Source: Bacteroidales bacterium (lineage in GTDB: Bacteria > Bacteroidota > Bacteroidia > Bacteroidales > WCHB1-69). From it: DNA of 64,000 bases. The stretch is taken from positions 15,686 through 79,685 of the forward strand of contig JBLJBB010000057.1 in assembly GCA_047638115.1 (NCBI GenBank). The letters run 5' to 3'. The notes beneath the pieces are model-generated. The model was not told where the DNA came from, searched no databases, and saw nothing but the letters and a program-made list of their open reading frames with translations. The position numbers and the translations under genes were made by a program. Positions 43,712 through 54,647 of this stretch are shown here, in pieces. The first letter of the stretch is position 1. The number at the start of each line of letters is the position of its first letter.

Positions 43712-44590
43712 CTATTTTAAGTAATTAAACTCCCAACGAATGGTGGTTTCATTTCCGATATTGGAATATATTTGAATTGGATATTTCTTATTTTCATAAA
43801 CAATATCGTAATGAACCTCTAATCCTACACCTGGTGTACCATAATGTTCAGTATATGATGAGAAAATAAAATTATTTTTACAATAACTTGTTAAAGGGGA
43901 AGATGGAAATTTTAAATAATCAATAAGTGCGTATGGAAGCCCATATAATGGATTCTCTTTATCGTCGTAATTAAACTTGTACAAAGTAGTGAATCCATTG
44001 TTGTAAACCGTTTCAAGTTGAGTAATATTCTTATCTTTATAGGTAACATTAGTGTGAGAAACGAGTGCCATCCCACTTTTTATATCTTCTAAAATTTTGT
44101 GAATATTCTTGTATGCATGAGCGTGCATATAAGATTGAAATAGTCTAGAATTTATTTGATCTGTTAACATTTCTTTTCCTAAAGGAGCAATATATGATTT
44201 GTATCCATAAATCATTCCATCTTGACGATAGAATGTATCCATTTGGAATATTACATTTGAATTGTTAAAATATGAACATTTTGATAGTTTTTTGTCGATA
44301 TATTCCATTGTTACAAATCCATAGGGTAGATTATTTGAAAACCCTAATATTTTAGTAACTTGCAGATCTTCATTATATTCAAAATGAAAAGATGAGTTAT
44401 CGAAGAAAACAGCTTTTTCAATTTTTTCATCTTTATTATAAATGAATGAAACAAAAGGTGTTTTTACAGATTGTTGATAATCAAATATGGATAGCAATCT
44501 TTTCTTTGGATTGTATACATCTTCTTTCTGACAACTAAAAAATATTAGTGAAGAGATTAAAACAATAAGTATTTTGATATAAAATTTCAT
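43712..44590 (-). CDS. Hypothetical lipoprotein
   Basis: Lipobox LIFFSC. 292 aa, beta-rich with Y/N/F-rich repeats. First gene of the minus-strand string ending in the kinase. Confidence 0.6.
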   Translation of the reverse strand: MKFYIKILIVLISSLIFFSCQKEDVYNPKKRLLSIFDYQQSVKTPFVSFIYNKDEKIEKAVFFDNSSFHFEYNEDLQVTKILGFSNNLPYGFVTMEYIDKKLSKCSYFNNSNVIFQMDTFYRQDGMIYGYKSYIAPLGKEMLTDQINSRLFQSYMHAHAYKNIHKILEDIKSGMALVSHTNVTYKDKNITQLETVYNNGFTTLYKFNYDDKENPLYGLPYALIDYLKFPSSPLTSYCKNNFIFSSYTEHYGTPGVGLEVHYDIVYENKKYPIQIYSNIGNETTIRWEFNYLK

Positions 44591-44609
44591 AAAAGATATA
44601 TTACGAATG

Positions 44610-44617
44610 CAAAATTA
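44610..44617 (-). promoter_or_regulatory. Candidate -7 box for the lipoprotein-lipoprotein-kinase operon
   Basis: Minus-strand TAATTTTG, 19 nt upstream of ATG at 44590. Confidence 0.4.
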
Positions 44618-44684
44618 AACAATAAATTATTCACTCAGAGAAAACGCTGTTGAATTATGATAAAAATATGATAAACGATTATTT

Positions 44685-46607
44685 TTATTGCTCTTGTAAC
44701 TCAAGCCACTGTAGTTCTTTCTCTTCAATTTCAACTTTTATGGATTCATATTCTCTGTAAAGAGTTCCATTTGAAATTTCTTGAGCATATTTTTCAGGGA
44801 GAGCCATTTTTTCTTCAATAACAAAAAGTTCATTTTGAAGTTGAGAGATTTCGGTTTCTAATTTTTTTAATCTATTCTGATTTTTTCTAAGAATAGCTTC
44901 AAGCTCTTTTTTCTTCTCGTAATTTTCCTTGTTAGAGATGTTTGTTTTAGGATCACTATTATTTTCTTTATTCTTTTTTTGAAGTTCATTAAGAGAATCT
45001 AGTTTCTTTTTTTCTAAAAATTCATAAACATCACCAATAAATGTTTTTATTTTATGATCCTTAAATTCAAATATTTTTTCTGTTAACCCTTCTAAAAAAT
45101 CACGATCGTGTGATACAATAATCATACTTCCCTCATATTGAAGAAGTGCATTTTTTAGAATATCTTTGGATTGCATATCCAAATGGTTAGTTGGTTCATC
45201 TAAAATTAGAAGATTGAATGGGGAGAGTAGTAGTTTTGCTAATGCAAGTCTAGATTTTTCGCCACCAGAAAGGAAACTTACCTTTTTTTCAGTATCTTCC
45301 GTTGAAAAGAGGAACCTTCCTAATATTGTCCTAATTTTTGGTCGTATATCTCCGATAGCTACATCATCAATTGTTTCAAAAACTGTTTTATTTGGATTCA
45401 GTAATAGCGCTTGATTTTGAGCATAATAACCAATTACGACTTGATGACCAAGTTGAATGGATCCATTTTGTGGTGTAAGTTCACCAACAATTGCTTTTAC
45501 AAAAGTTGATTTTCCTTCCCCATTTTTCCCAACAAAAGCAACTCTTTCACCTCTTTCTAAGTGCATATCAATTTGCTTAAGCACATTTAGATTCCCATAT
45601 CCAAGACTTAAATTTTTTGCCTCAACAGTAACCCTTCCGGAGTGTGGTGCAGGGGGAAATTTAAATGAAATAGATGACTTGTCAATATCTTCAACTTCAA
45701 CTTTGTCCATTTTCCCAAGAAGTTTTACTCTACTCTGAACTTGTTTTGCTTTACTCGATTTGTATCTAAAACGTTCAATAAATTTCTCAATCTGTGCAAT
45801 CTCTTTTTGTTGATTTTCAAATGCAGACTGTTGAATCTCTTGTCGTTCTAATCTTTGTTCAACATATTCTGAATAGCTACATTTATAATCTTGAATAGAT
45901 CCAAATGTGATTTCGATAGTTCTGTTTGTAACTCTATCTAAAAATGTTCTATCGTGAGAAACTAAGATTAAACATCCATTATAATTAGCCAAATAGTCTT
46001 CTAACCATTGAATTGATTCAATATCAAGGTGATTTGTTGGCTCATCTAAGAGAATTATTTCAGGATGTTGAAGTAAAATTTTTGCCAAAGCAACCCTCAT
46101 TTGCCACCCAGAGCTAAATTCTTGTAACATTCTATGAAAATCAGTAGCATTAAAACCCAACCCTAGCAAAACTTTTTCAGCATCACCTTCCATAGTATGG
46201 CCACCCAGAATGTGAAACCGATCCGTAAAATCTGCTAGTTGTTGAGCCAGTTTACTATATTCTTCTGATTCATAGTCTTCTCTTTCAGTTAATTGCTTTG
46301 TAATTTTATGAATATTTTTTTCAATTTCTTTTTGTTCAGTAAAAGCAGTCATGGTTTCATCCCAAACAGATTTACTAAAATTTGAAGCCATCTCTTGGGG
46401 TAAATAACCTGTTTTGTAACCCGTAGTTATTATCATATTCCCAGATTCTGGCTCAATCATCTTGTGAATGATCTTTAATAATGTTGATTTTCCAGCACCA
46501 TTTCGGCCAACAAGTCCTATTCGGTCTAAGTCACCCGCAACAAAAGAGATATCTTTAAAAAGAAAATCTCCAGAGAAGTTTATTGAAAGTTTATTTACAG
46601 AAATCAT
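44685..46607 (-). CDS. ABC-F family ATPase (two ABC domains, no TM domain, coiled-coil C-terminus)
   Basis: GRNGAGKST / GKNGEGKST Walker A, FSSGWQMRVALA / LSGGEKSRLALA signatures, and an inter-domain linker. 640 aa. Confidence 0.85.
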   Translation of the reverse strand: MISVNKLSINFSGDFLFKDISFVAGDLDRIGLVGRNGAGKSTLLKIIHKMIEPESGNMIITTGYKTGYLPQEMASNFSKSVWDETMTAFTEQKEIEKNIHKITKQLTEREDYESEEYSKLAQQLADFTDRFHILGGHTMEGDAEKVLLGLGFNATDFHRMLQEFSSGWQMRVALAKILLQHPEIILLDEPTNHLDIESIQWLEDYLANYNGCLILVSHDRTFLDRVTNRTIEITFGSIQDYKCSYSEYVEQRLERQEIQQSAFENQQKEIAQIEKFIERFRYKSSKAKQVQSRVKLLGKMDKVEVEDIDKSSISFKFPPAPHSGRVTVEAKNLSLGYGNLNVLKQIDMHLERGERVAFVGKNGEGKSTFVKAIVGELTPQNGSIQLGHQVVIGYYAQNQALLLNPNKTVFETIDDVAIGDIRPKIRTILGRFLFSTEDTEKKVSFLSGGEKSRLALAKLLLSPFNLLILDEPTNHLDMQSKDILKNALLQYEGSMIIVSHDRDFLEGLTEKIFEFKDHKIKTFIGDVYEFLEKKKLDSLNELQKKNKENNSDPKTNISNKENYEKKKELEAILRKNQNRLKKLETEISQLQNELFVIEEKMALPEKYAQEISNGTLYREYESIKVEIEEKELQWLELQEQ

Positions 46608-46631
46608 AGAAAATGGTAAGAAATTGGATCA

Positions 46632-49600
46632 TTATTGAGATAAAAGGAGTCGAATACTGATCCCTGTTTCGAGGTTCATGTTGTTATTTTGTAAAGCAAT
46701 TCTTGGTCTGTTGATAATCTGATTATAATAGTATCGTAACCCAACCATTTTGCTTATTTGGTAATCTGCAGATACATTTATGGAAACATTTAACATCCCT
46801 GCAGAAACTTGATTTTGATTCTCTTCAATTTTTCTTAAAACTGTAATATTATCTTTTAGTGAAAATCCAGCCGTAATATTTAAGTCACTAACTGTTTCCC
46901 TTTTCTCACCTGAGAAAACAAAACCTAATTTTAAATCTTTGAATCGATAACCAGCAGAAATTGAAATTTCATTACTATTCATCTCAGTAATCTGATTATT
47001 TGAAAAACTTAAAGATACGTTTCTCCCTTTTTTGTAATCAATTTTAAGCATCATACTATTTTTGAGAGTCATATCAAAACCAATAAATGGACCAAATTGT
47101 TCATTTATAGATATTTGTTTAAAATCTCTCTCTGCTATAAAGTTTCCAAGTGCATCAACTTCAGTTGGATTACCATTTGCATCAGCTTTATAGTTAATGT
47201 TTGTTGAAAAATTCCCAACAGCATACGTACAAACATATGAGTGTGTTAAAGAAACATTCTGGAAAATTTTTGTTAGAAACTTGATTTTAGATAATCCATT
47301 GTAATTCAGTCTCCAGTTTGGTAATGGAATTTTAGGGAATGGTGTAGAAACATCAAGTTTTAAAGGATCTTGTCCTCCATAAGAAGCTAAAAATGCACTG
47401 GTTAAAACTTCTTTATTAATTCCACTGTAACCTACAGGGAATCCAGTTGTTGGATCAACCTCCCCAGTGTAATTGGGGTTAGTTGCTGAGATTCTTTGAG
47501 CCATTTGATTTCTTAAAGCCCTAAATTGTGAAAAAATATCATCTGGATCTTTAAAAAATGTAGATAATCCCAAAAATGAAGTGTTAAAAGATCCCATAGT
47601 TGTGGGGGAATAATGGTGCATAACTCCTTCAGCATCTGATCTAAAATATTCAGAATAAGCATGAGTGTAAACTCTATTTGCCGTCACATCTATTCTGAAA
47701 TCTCTGAACGGTTCAACCGTAACACGTACATTAATAGTTTGGTTTTTCTTTTGCAAAAATGGTGTATTGAGTAAAGTATCTTTTGTTAACCAATTCCCAT
47801 CTGTAGCAAGTTGTTGAATGTTTGGTTGTCCTCCCAAAACAAATAGTGCTCCAGGTGAACCATTTGCTAAATTAATACCCATAATACTAGGCGAATACAT
47901 ATAACCTGGGAGTGTAGTTCCTCTTCCTTCAGTAATATTAAAAGAAACATTACGAACCATCATTAAAAACCTTAAAGATCCATCTAAGATTACTTTACCA
48001 ATATTCACTTTAACAGTGTCTTTCACAGGTTCTTTGGGTGTTTCAACTCCTCCTCCTCTAGGACCTCTGCCTGATTGTGCTTGTGGGGCTCGTTTCGGAC
48101 CTTGATTTACCTTTTTCAAATATGGAATAACATCATATAGTGCTACTAAGTTAAATGTTACATTGCCTTGAACTTGATTTGAATTATCTATCGTATTACC
48201 TAAATTGGCTAATGTTATAGGTGATGATGTAAAATTGTAGGTAGCATTATACATCACATTTGTATTTATCCACTTGAAAATGGGGATCTTATTGATTGGA
48301 ACTTGCCAAGAACCATCTATTCTTTGGGTAAATTGAGTTACTCTACCTCCATTACCAAAACTTCTCCATACAGAATCTTTCTCAGATCTATTATCAATTA
48401 ATCCTTGAGGTTCATCAATTCTCGCTGTTGCAAGCGCTTTATAATTTAATCTTAATGCCTGGGTCAAATCCCATTGTACAGCGTAATCTCGAATCCACAT
48501 AAAATTCTTAACAATACTGGTGTCAATGATGATATTACCTTGACTTTTTGGACGTAACTTAAACTCATTCATATCTCTCGTTACCGTAGTCCTAAAAGTA
48601 ACATTTTTAGGTAAAGCATTGAAATTAATATCTTTGATAATTTGTAACCAGGAAGATTTTAAGAATTTTGCTTTTGAGAAAGGTCTTATATTTTTTGGAT
48701 TGTTTGTAAATGTGTATCCAATTTGACCTTCGTGTCTAAATTCATTATCAAATTCAACATCTACATCTCTTTTTTTAACTTCTGAGTATGCATAGGAAAA
48801 ATCGAGGTTCTCAACATCCCACGCTCTAATCTTTAATGGTTTATTTAAATCTCTCTCTTTACGAACATTGGTTACATTTAAGTTCTGACGTTGAACCAAC
48901 ACCGTAGTCATAGCTCGAATTGAATCTCTCTCTTGAGAGGTTTCATAAGTTTGAATATCATCTTTTAAAAACACATCTGGATTTAACGGATTATATTCAG
49001 GAAGTTCTCCAACTTGAGATAAATCATAATGGAAAGGAACTTTAATATTCCATTTTTGTGGGAAAAGTACTTTTCCACCATCCAAGTTTGTTGCAAAATC
49101 GACACTATATTTTGTTGCAATTTGGCGTTGAGTAACGGCTTGTTCAACGGATCCAAAACCAGGTGTTGAGTATGTAGAAGATACAGTTACATCACCTAAA
49201 TCCGCTAAGTTCATTCTCACTCTTCCTAAAGCAGCAAATCCGGATCTGTCATCAAAACCAACCAGACGGAGTTCATTTAACCAAACCTCAACTGATTTTG
49301 GAAGCATGTCGTCACCATCATTTAAAGTACGCTTTTTAGGATTTCTAACACCAATCATTATGGTATTAACACTGGCAATGTTTGGCATACCAACAACTGA
49401 AATTCTATTGCCATTGTCTAAATGATATACAAATGGAACAGTGTTGCCAGTATGATATCCATTACGTACAGCTTGATTTCGTAATTGTTTAATGCTTATA
49501 AGTGAATCTAAAACTATAGATAATCTATTATTTAAAGGCCAGATAAGTGAGGTATCTTTCCCAACACCCCAAGGAGTGATTTCAATTGGAATCTCATACT

Positions 49601-52600
49601 CATAGTAATTATCTGTAAAGTCACTACCTAATCTTAAAAAGACGGTAACATCACCTGGTCTTAACTCTCCAGATGAATATACATCTTCAGCATGAATAAA
49701 CATCTCCAATTTTTTGAATTGTCGCATATCAAAATTGGAGTTTTTATAAATGGCTCTGGCATCACCATCAACTAAATCTACAACTTTCATTGAAAGTGAT
49801 TGTTCATTTTCATGATATACGGTAATTCCCAAAACTTCTTCTCTAATAATTCCAGGAGGAAGAACATAAGGGATTGGGACTCTATTGCTATTCTCTTCAA
49901 AATTCACTGTTCCAACATTTACTGTAGTTTCAGATGTTCCACCAGGTACATAATCCCCATCTTCAAACAATTCGTGTGTATATGTTCTCCAATTACTTTT
50001 TACTAATTCAAAAGTAGCCATACGGCAAATAATTGGTTCTTGGAATTCACGCATAAAGACTCTCATGAATCTTATGGAATGGAACCCAGAAATGTTTCCA
50101 ATCACTTGATCAGGGTTCTTTATTGGAATTCTAAACTGATACCATTTTGTAACAGGTGAAGTTCCATCTGGGAGTCTTTCAGGAATAGCTTCGTATATGT
50201 CATTGATATAATTCTCTCCAACATTCATCCTGTCAGGTTTTATATCAATAACATATTGATAATATTTTTCATCCTCACTCAATGTATTATCATTGTTTAC
50301 ATCTTCAACATTGGGTAAAGTGGATTCTGCAGCTAAATAACTCTCTTGATTTTGAGATAAAGATGGTGAGTTTCCATCTGGATTGTTGTAATATTTATAT
50401 CTTTCAACAATTTTAATATTATCATTGTCATAATCAGTTCCTCTGAAATAATGAAAATTATCTGCAGAAGGGTCATTTAATGCTTTTTGATATGCAATTG
50501 AAGATTCTCCAAATTGCGTTCTCAATAGAGCTAAGTATGTGTTGTCGAAAAATGTGTTTTCTAAATTATCGTTTAACCCATCAAATCCCACATCTTGATA
50601 TTGTCTGGATGATTCCTGAGCATCAAAAGTATTAATAATTTGTTGTAATGTAGGAACTTTTCCCCACACTGTATATTCAACATTGTCGTCACTTCCATCT
50701 ATAGGTAATCCACTTTCAAAGAATTTCTTTCCATCTCTTAAAATATCTTCAGAAATATCTCCTAAGTTGATGACTAATTTTCCACCGGTATGATTGGGTT
50801 TTTCAATAAATGGATCCATCATCCAAAATTCGATATACTCATAATTGTTAGATTCAAAATCTGTATAATCAAATTTTCGCATTATTCCACCCCATCTTGA
50901 TGAGGGATCTCTTAATGAACCATCATCATTTAGTCCTGCAGAAAAACCTTCCGAACCGTCAATATCATAGTTATATGGTCCTCTTTCTGTGGGATAATAT
51001 GCTAAATTGAAGACAGACATATAAGTTGATTGTGCAGCAGATGCATACTCTCTATTAGGAAAAAGTTCAGGTTCATAAACGGCACGAGCATAAGGTGCAG
51101 ATTGATCGGCCTTTGTAAGATTAGATGGTGTTGCCGTAGTATTAGCATAAAATAAAGGATCAATAATATACCAAGATAATTTTGCTCTATTAAAACCATA
51201 TGCTAACTGTCTTCTTGGAATTTCATTAGTACTAATGGGAAGTCCCTCTTTAAACCAATTGGGTTGTCCTTGAGGGGTAGATGCTAATACCCAATATTGT
51301 CTTTGCCCTAAGTCAACAGCAACTTTTGCAGCTTCAAAATCATCGATATATGTTGTTCCTTCACTTCCCACAGCTCTGGAATGGCCTGGAATAAAATGTG
51401 CAAACTCTGCATCAGCTTGAAGGAATGATTTGGCTGTCGTACTGTAAAAAGGAAGAAAGTCTACAATTTTTGTAATTAATGGAATCTCTTTTTTATAAGA
51501 AGTATTCATCCCCCATATAACATTGTTAATGGGTTCATTACCATAATTCACTTTATTTGAAATAGGTCTTTCTCTTAAATTTAAAATGGTAGCACCAATA
51601 TTAAAGTCTTTATTGATGCGATAATCCAGATTGGTTCCTAACATCCATTTGTCAGATACCATATCTCTGTTCTCTAAATCAATTTTTATAGGCGTACCAG
51701 ATTTTAATATCCCTTCATTAGTGATGGTAACTGTTCCCATTCCATAATTCACCGTATAATCTTGATTTAATACTAAAGGAATACCACCTGCAGTTACTTT
51801 TACAGATCCTTCTGGAATATTAAATGCTCCCAATTGAATCTCTGAACCATACGATGATTTGTAAGTACCTTCTATATAAAATTTATTTTTGTTTGTATAC
51901 TGTTGTGCTAGTGTTTTGGTTAAAGTATATAAAGAGTCATAGGCATATCTTTCAGCAATTTCTGGTTCTGGGATCACCGATCTTAAATCTTTACCAAATG
52001 GTTCAATGGTAGGAAAGAAAATCCTCCCAGATCTGGAAATAATTGTACCTCCATTTATATCTGCATTATCAACAAAATCAAAAATTCCATCAGGATATGG
52101 ATCTTGCTGTTGATTTAAACGATCTAGCCCCATTAGTCTGATAATTGGAATACCCTTAACACTTCCAGTATTAAAGAATCCATTTGCAACACCTTCATCA
52201 TCACCAGTATATAATACATTTAATCTGAATTTTTCATTTGAAATTTGATATGCATTTAAATTGTAAACGTTTTTCATCATCAATTTCCAAAGTGGAGATT
52301 TTGTATTTAAAGTTGTAGATTTTAATAACTTTACACGAAGTGCTCCAGGAGAAGATACTTCATCAGAAAATTCACCAACTTGATAAACGGTGTTACTTCC
52401 AATAACTTGGTATTGAAATGCTACCGCTAACACTTGATCTGACGTAAGTGTTGTGTTTAGAGATATAAAACCTAACTTACTGTTAAAAGTATATTCGTTT
52501 GGTGATAAAAGGCGAGCATTTTCTATTTTTTCATAATCTTCCCCAGATGTAAGACCAAAACCTCTTAAGTTATTAGATGCCGTGGATATATTCCGGTATT

Positions 52601-53894
52601 GACTTGTATCAATTAATAGCGTAATGTCGTTACTATTATCGCTTGGTAAATTTACTCCTAAGCCGTGAAAACCCGAAAAAGAGGGTTGAGATTCCCCTAA
52701 ATCTGTAAATGCAACAATATTCCTATTTTCAGTGGTTGCTGCACCAATATTTGTTCTCCAAACTTCAATTCTTGTGATAACAATTGGAGAACCAACTAAA
52801 GGAAGTGTTGACATAAAATTGTTGTAGTTGTCTCTAAAGTATTGTGCGGCAAAATAGTGTTTGTTGGCCTCGTAATCATCAGCTTTAAAATAGAAATCTT
52901 GTGTTTGTGCACCCCCTGAAACAGTAATACTTTGTGTCGATGCTTTACTTTCCGAAATTACAGAAGTTACGGTTAATTTTCCAAATTTTAATGCTGTTTT
53001 AAAACCAAAAAGAGATTGACTCCCTGTAATTAGTGTACTCTGTAGAGGTAACATCACATCTCCAAATTCTAAAAGTTGAATGATGTCATCCTCTTTACCC
53101 TCATATTTGAGTTTCATTTTGTTATCAAACTCAAAGTTAGATTCAGTATTATAATTCAAATTGTAGGAAATCTTATCGCCAACTTTAGCCATAACATTCA
53201 TTTGAATTTTCTCATCAAATTTGAATTCTGTTCTTTTTTGTTGTCGTTGTGTTAAATTTGGGTTTTCATCTCTATTATGTAGCACACCGAAAAGTAGTTC
53301 AACATTTCCAGAGGGCCTGATATCAATAACATTGCTCCCAAAAATACTTTCAAAAATGTCTCCTCCAATTCTTAATTGTGGGATAACCCCACCACCCCCT
53401 CTACGATTTGGATTTGAAGAGTGTGATGCACCGTGCTGTCTCCAGTAATTACGAGTTTCATTTCTTAAATCATAATCAATATACTCATCAATATCCATAG
53501 ATGATGTTGGCCCAAAAGGAGTATCCCCAATCATATTTCGAAATACATAAGTATTCGTGATGGTATCATAGTATATTTGTCTTTTTAATGAAGGTGGGTT
53601 AGATAAATGGAATGGTGAGTAAAAAAATCCCTCATCTAAAGGATTATTTAATGGTTGAGGTATCGGAGCAGATAACCCTGAGTCAGGAGGTGTTATAAGA
53701 ATATCTTCACTATGAAATTTTGAAGTAGGATAAAGATTAGCAAATCGAGATAACTCATGAAGGGAATTTTGATCATTTTTTCCCTCCAGTAGTTGATTAT
53801 TCTTAATTATCGGAATAGCCCAAAGTGCTGAATAAAAAGCTATAACAACAATAATGGGGATGATAATTTTCTTAGATTGTTTTCCTTCGGCCAC
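46632..53894 (-). CDS. sprA: T9SS translocon / cell-surface protein SprA
   Basis: 2420 aa with GTG start, N-terminal signal anchor and a very large beta-rich protein. Size, composition and position directly downstream of ruvA match Bacteroidota sprA. Confidence 0.8.
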   Translation of the reverse strand: MAEGKQSKKIIIPIIVVIAFYSALWAIPIIKNNQLLEGKNDQNSLHELSRFANLYPTSKFHSEDILITPPDSGLSAPIPQPLNNPLDEGFFYSPFHLSNPPSLKRQIYYDTITNTYVFRNMIGDTPFGPTSSMDIDEYIDYDLRNETRNYWRQHGASHSSNPNRRGGGGVIPQLRIGGDIFESIFGSNVIDIRPSGNVELLFGVLHNRDENPNLTQRQQKRTEFKFDEKIQMNVMAKVGDKISYNLNYNTESNFEFDNKMKLKYEGKEDDIIQLLEFGDVMLPLQSTLITGSQSLFGFKTALKFGKLTVTSVISESKASTQSITVSGGAQTQDFYFKADDYEANKHYFAAQYFRDNYNNFMSTLPLVGSPIVITRIEVWRTNIGAATTENRNIVAFTDLGESQPSFSGFHGLGVNLPSDNSNDITLLIDTSQYRNISTASNNLRGFGLTSGEDYEKIENARLLSPNEYTFNSKLGFISLNTTLTSDQVLAVAFQYQVIGSNTVYQVGEFSDEVSSPGALRVKLLKSTTLNTKSPLWKLMMKNVYNLNAYQISNEKFRLNVLYTGDDEGVANGFFNTGSVKGIPIIRLMGLDRLNQQQDPYPDGIFDFVDNADINGGTIISRSGRIFFPTIEPFGKDLRSVIPEPEIAERYAYDSLYTLTKTLAQQYTNKNKFYIEGTYKSSYGSEIQLGAFNIPEGSVKVTAGGIPLVLNQDYTVNYGMGTVTITNEGILKSGTPIKIDLENRDMVSDKWMLGTNLDYRINKDFNIGATILNLRERPISNKVNYGNEPINNVIWGMNTSYKKEIPLITKIVDFLPFYSTTAKSFLQADAEFAHFIPGHSRAVGSEGTTYIDDFEAAKVAVDLGQRQYWVLASTPQGQPNWFKEGLPISTNEIPRRQLAYGFNRAKLSWYIIDPLFYANTTATPSNLTKADQSAPYARAVYEPELFPNREYASAAQSTYMSVFNLAYYPTERGPYNYDIDGSEGFSAGLNDDGSLRDPSSRWGGIMRKFDYTDFESNNYEYIEFWMMDPFIEKPNHTGGKLVINLGDISEDILRDGKKFFESGLPIDGSDDNVEYTVWGKVPTLQQIINTFDAQESSRQYQDVGFDGLNDNLENTFFDNTYLALLRTQFGESSIAYQKALNDPSADNFHYFRGTDYDNDNIKIVERYKYYNNPDGNSPSLSQNQESYLAAESTLPNVEDVNNDNTLSEDEKYYQYVIDIKPDRMNVGENYINDIYEAIPERLPDGTSPVTKWYQFRIPIKNPDQVIGNISGFHSIRFMRVFMREFQEPIICRMATFELVKSNWRTYTHELFEDGDYVPGGTSETTVNVGTVNFEENSNRVPIPYVLPPGIIREEVLGITVYHENEQSLSMKVVDLVDGDARAIYKNSNFDMRQFKKLEMFIHAEDVYSSGELRPGDVTVFLRLGSDFTDNYYEYEIPIEITPWGVGKDTSLIWPLNNRLSIVLDSLISIKQLRNQAVRNGYHTGNTVPFVYHLDNGNRISVVGMPNIASVNTIMIGVRNPKKRTLNDGDDMLPKSVEVWLNELRLVGFDDRSGFAALGRVRMNLADLGDVTVSSTYSTPGFGSVEQAVTQRQIATKYSVDFATNLDGGKVLFPQKWNIKVPFHYDLSQVGELPEYNPLNPDVFLKDDIQTYETSQERDSIRAMTTVLVQRQNLNVTNVRKERDLNKPLKIRAWDVENLDFSYAYSEVKKRDVDVEFDNEFRHEGQIGYTFTNNPKNIRPFSKAKFLKSSWLQIIKDINFNALPKNVTFRTTVTRDMNEFKLRPKSQGNIIIDTSIVKNFMWIRDYAVQWDLTQALRLNYKALATARIDEPQGLIDNRSEKDSVWRSFGNGGRVTQFTQRIDGSWQVPINKIPIFKWINTNVMYNATYNFTSSPITLANLGNTIDNSNQVQGNVTFNLVALYDVIPYLKKVNQGPKRAPQAQSGRGPRGGGVETPKEPVKDTVKVNIGKVILDGSLRFLMMVRNVSFNITEGRGTTLPGYMYSPSIMGINLANGSPGALFVLGGQPNIQQLATDGNWLTKDTLLNTPFLQKKNQTINVRVTVEPFRDFRIDVTANRVYTHAYSEYFRSDAEGVMHHYSPTTMGSFNTSFLGLSTFFKDPDDIFSQFRALRNQMAQRISATNPNYTGEVDPTTGFPVGYSGINKEVLTSAFLASYGGQDPLKLDVSTPFPKIPLPNWRLNYNGLSKIKFLTKIFQNVSLTHSYVCTYAVGNFSTNINYKADANGNPTEVDALGNFIAERDFKQISINEQFGPFIGFDMTLKNSMMLKIDYKKGRNVSLSFSNNQITEMNSNEISISAGYRFKDLKLGFVFSGEKRETVSDLNITAGFSLKDNITVLRKIEENQNQVSAGMLNVSINVSADYQISKMVGLRYYYNQIINRPRIALQNNNMNLETGISIRLLLSQ

Positions 53895-53915
53895 GTGTTT
53901 TATCTATCTTTGAGT

Positions 53916-54506
53916 CTATAATAATTTTAATGCTTTTTTAATTAATTCTTCAACTGTTAAATCAACTCCCTCATTTTGAATTATTTTATCTAAAACAATC
54001 TCAGTAGGGTTCTTTACAAAACCTAATGAAACTAATGCAGATAACGCTTCCGCTTTATTATTATTGTAAGAAAATTTAAAATTATCTGAATTATGTGAAC
54101 TTGTTTTCCCAATTTTATCTTTCAAATCAATCAAAAGTCGTTGAGCTGTTTTAATTCCAATCCCTTTTACCCCTTTTATCGTGTTTACATTTTCTGTAGC
54201 TATGGCATTAATTAAATCAGAAACACTTAATGATGATAGCATTAATCGAGCAGTGTTTACACCAATTCCACTTACAGTAATCAGTAATCTAAACATCGAT
54301 CGTTCCTCCTCTTCCCAAAATCCATACAGTGAATGTGCATCCTCTTTAATGACATAATGTGTTAGCAGTTTAATCGTTTCCTGTTCACCAATTGCAGAAA
54401 ATGTAGCTAATGAAATATTAATTACATACCCAACTCCTCCAGCAGTTTCAATTACTACTTGTGTGGGTGTTTTTTCGATTAATTTCCCCTTAATGTACTC
54501 TATCAT
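53916..54506 (-). CDS. ruvA: Holliday junction branch-migration complex subunit RuvA
   Basis: MIEYIKGKL..VIETAGGVGY..LYGF.. and HhH motifs (VSGIGVNTARLML, VKGIGIKTAQRLL). ATG at 54506 preferred over TTG at 54530. Confidence 0.85.
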   Translation of the reverse strand: MIEYIKGKLIEKTPTQVVIETAGGVGYVINISLATFSAIGEQETIKLLTHYVIKEDAHSLYGFWEEEERSMFRLLITVSGIGVNTARLMLSSLSVSDLINAIATENVNTIKGVKGIGIKTAQRLLIDLKDKIGKTSSHNSDNFKFSYNNNKAEALSALVSLGFVKNPTEIVLDKIIQNEGVDLTVEELIKKALKLL

Positions 54507-54527
54507 AAATTGAATTGAATTAATTTG

Positions 54528-54535
54528 CAAAAATA
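54528..54535 (-). promoter_or_regulatory. Candidate -7 box for ruvA-sprA(-ABC-F)
   Basis: Minus-strand TATTTTTG, 21 nt upstream of ATG at 54506. Confidence 0.4.
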
Positions 54536-54647
54536 CAAAATAATAAGCTAATAAGAGAATGTGATAATGAGCTAATTTAACTTAATGGCAGATATCAGAA
54601 GTTTAGAACTGATAACTTTTTAATTTTTTTTCGTAGATCTACTTTTT

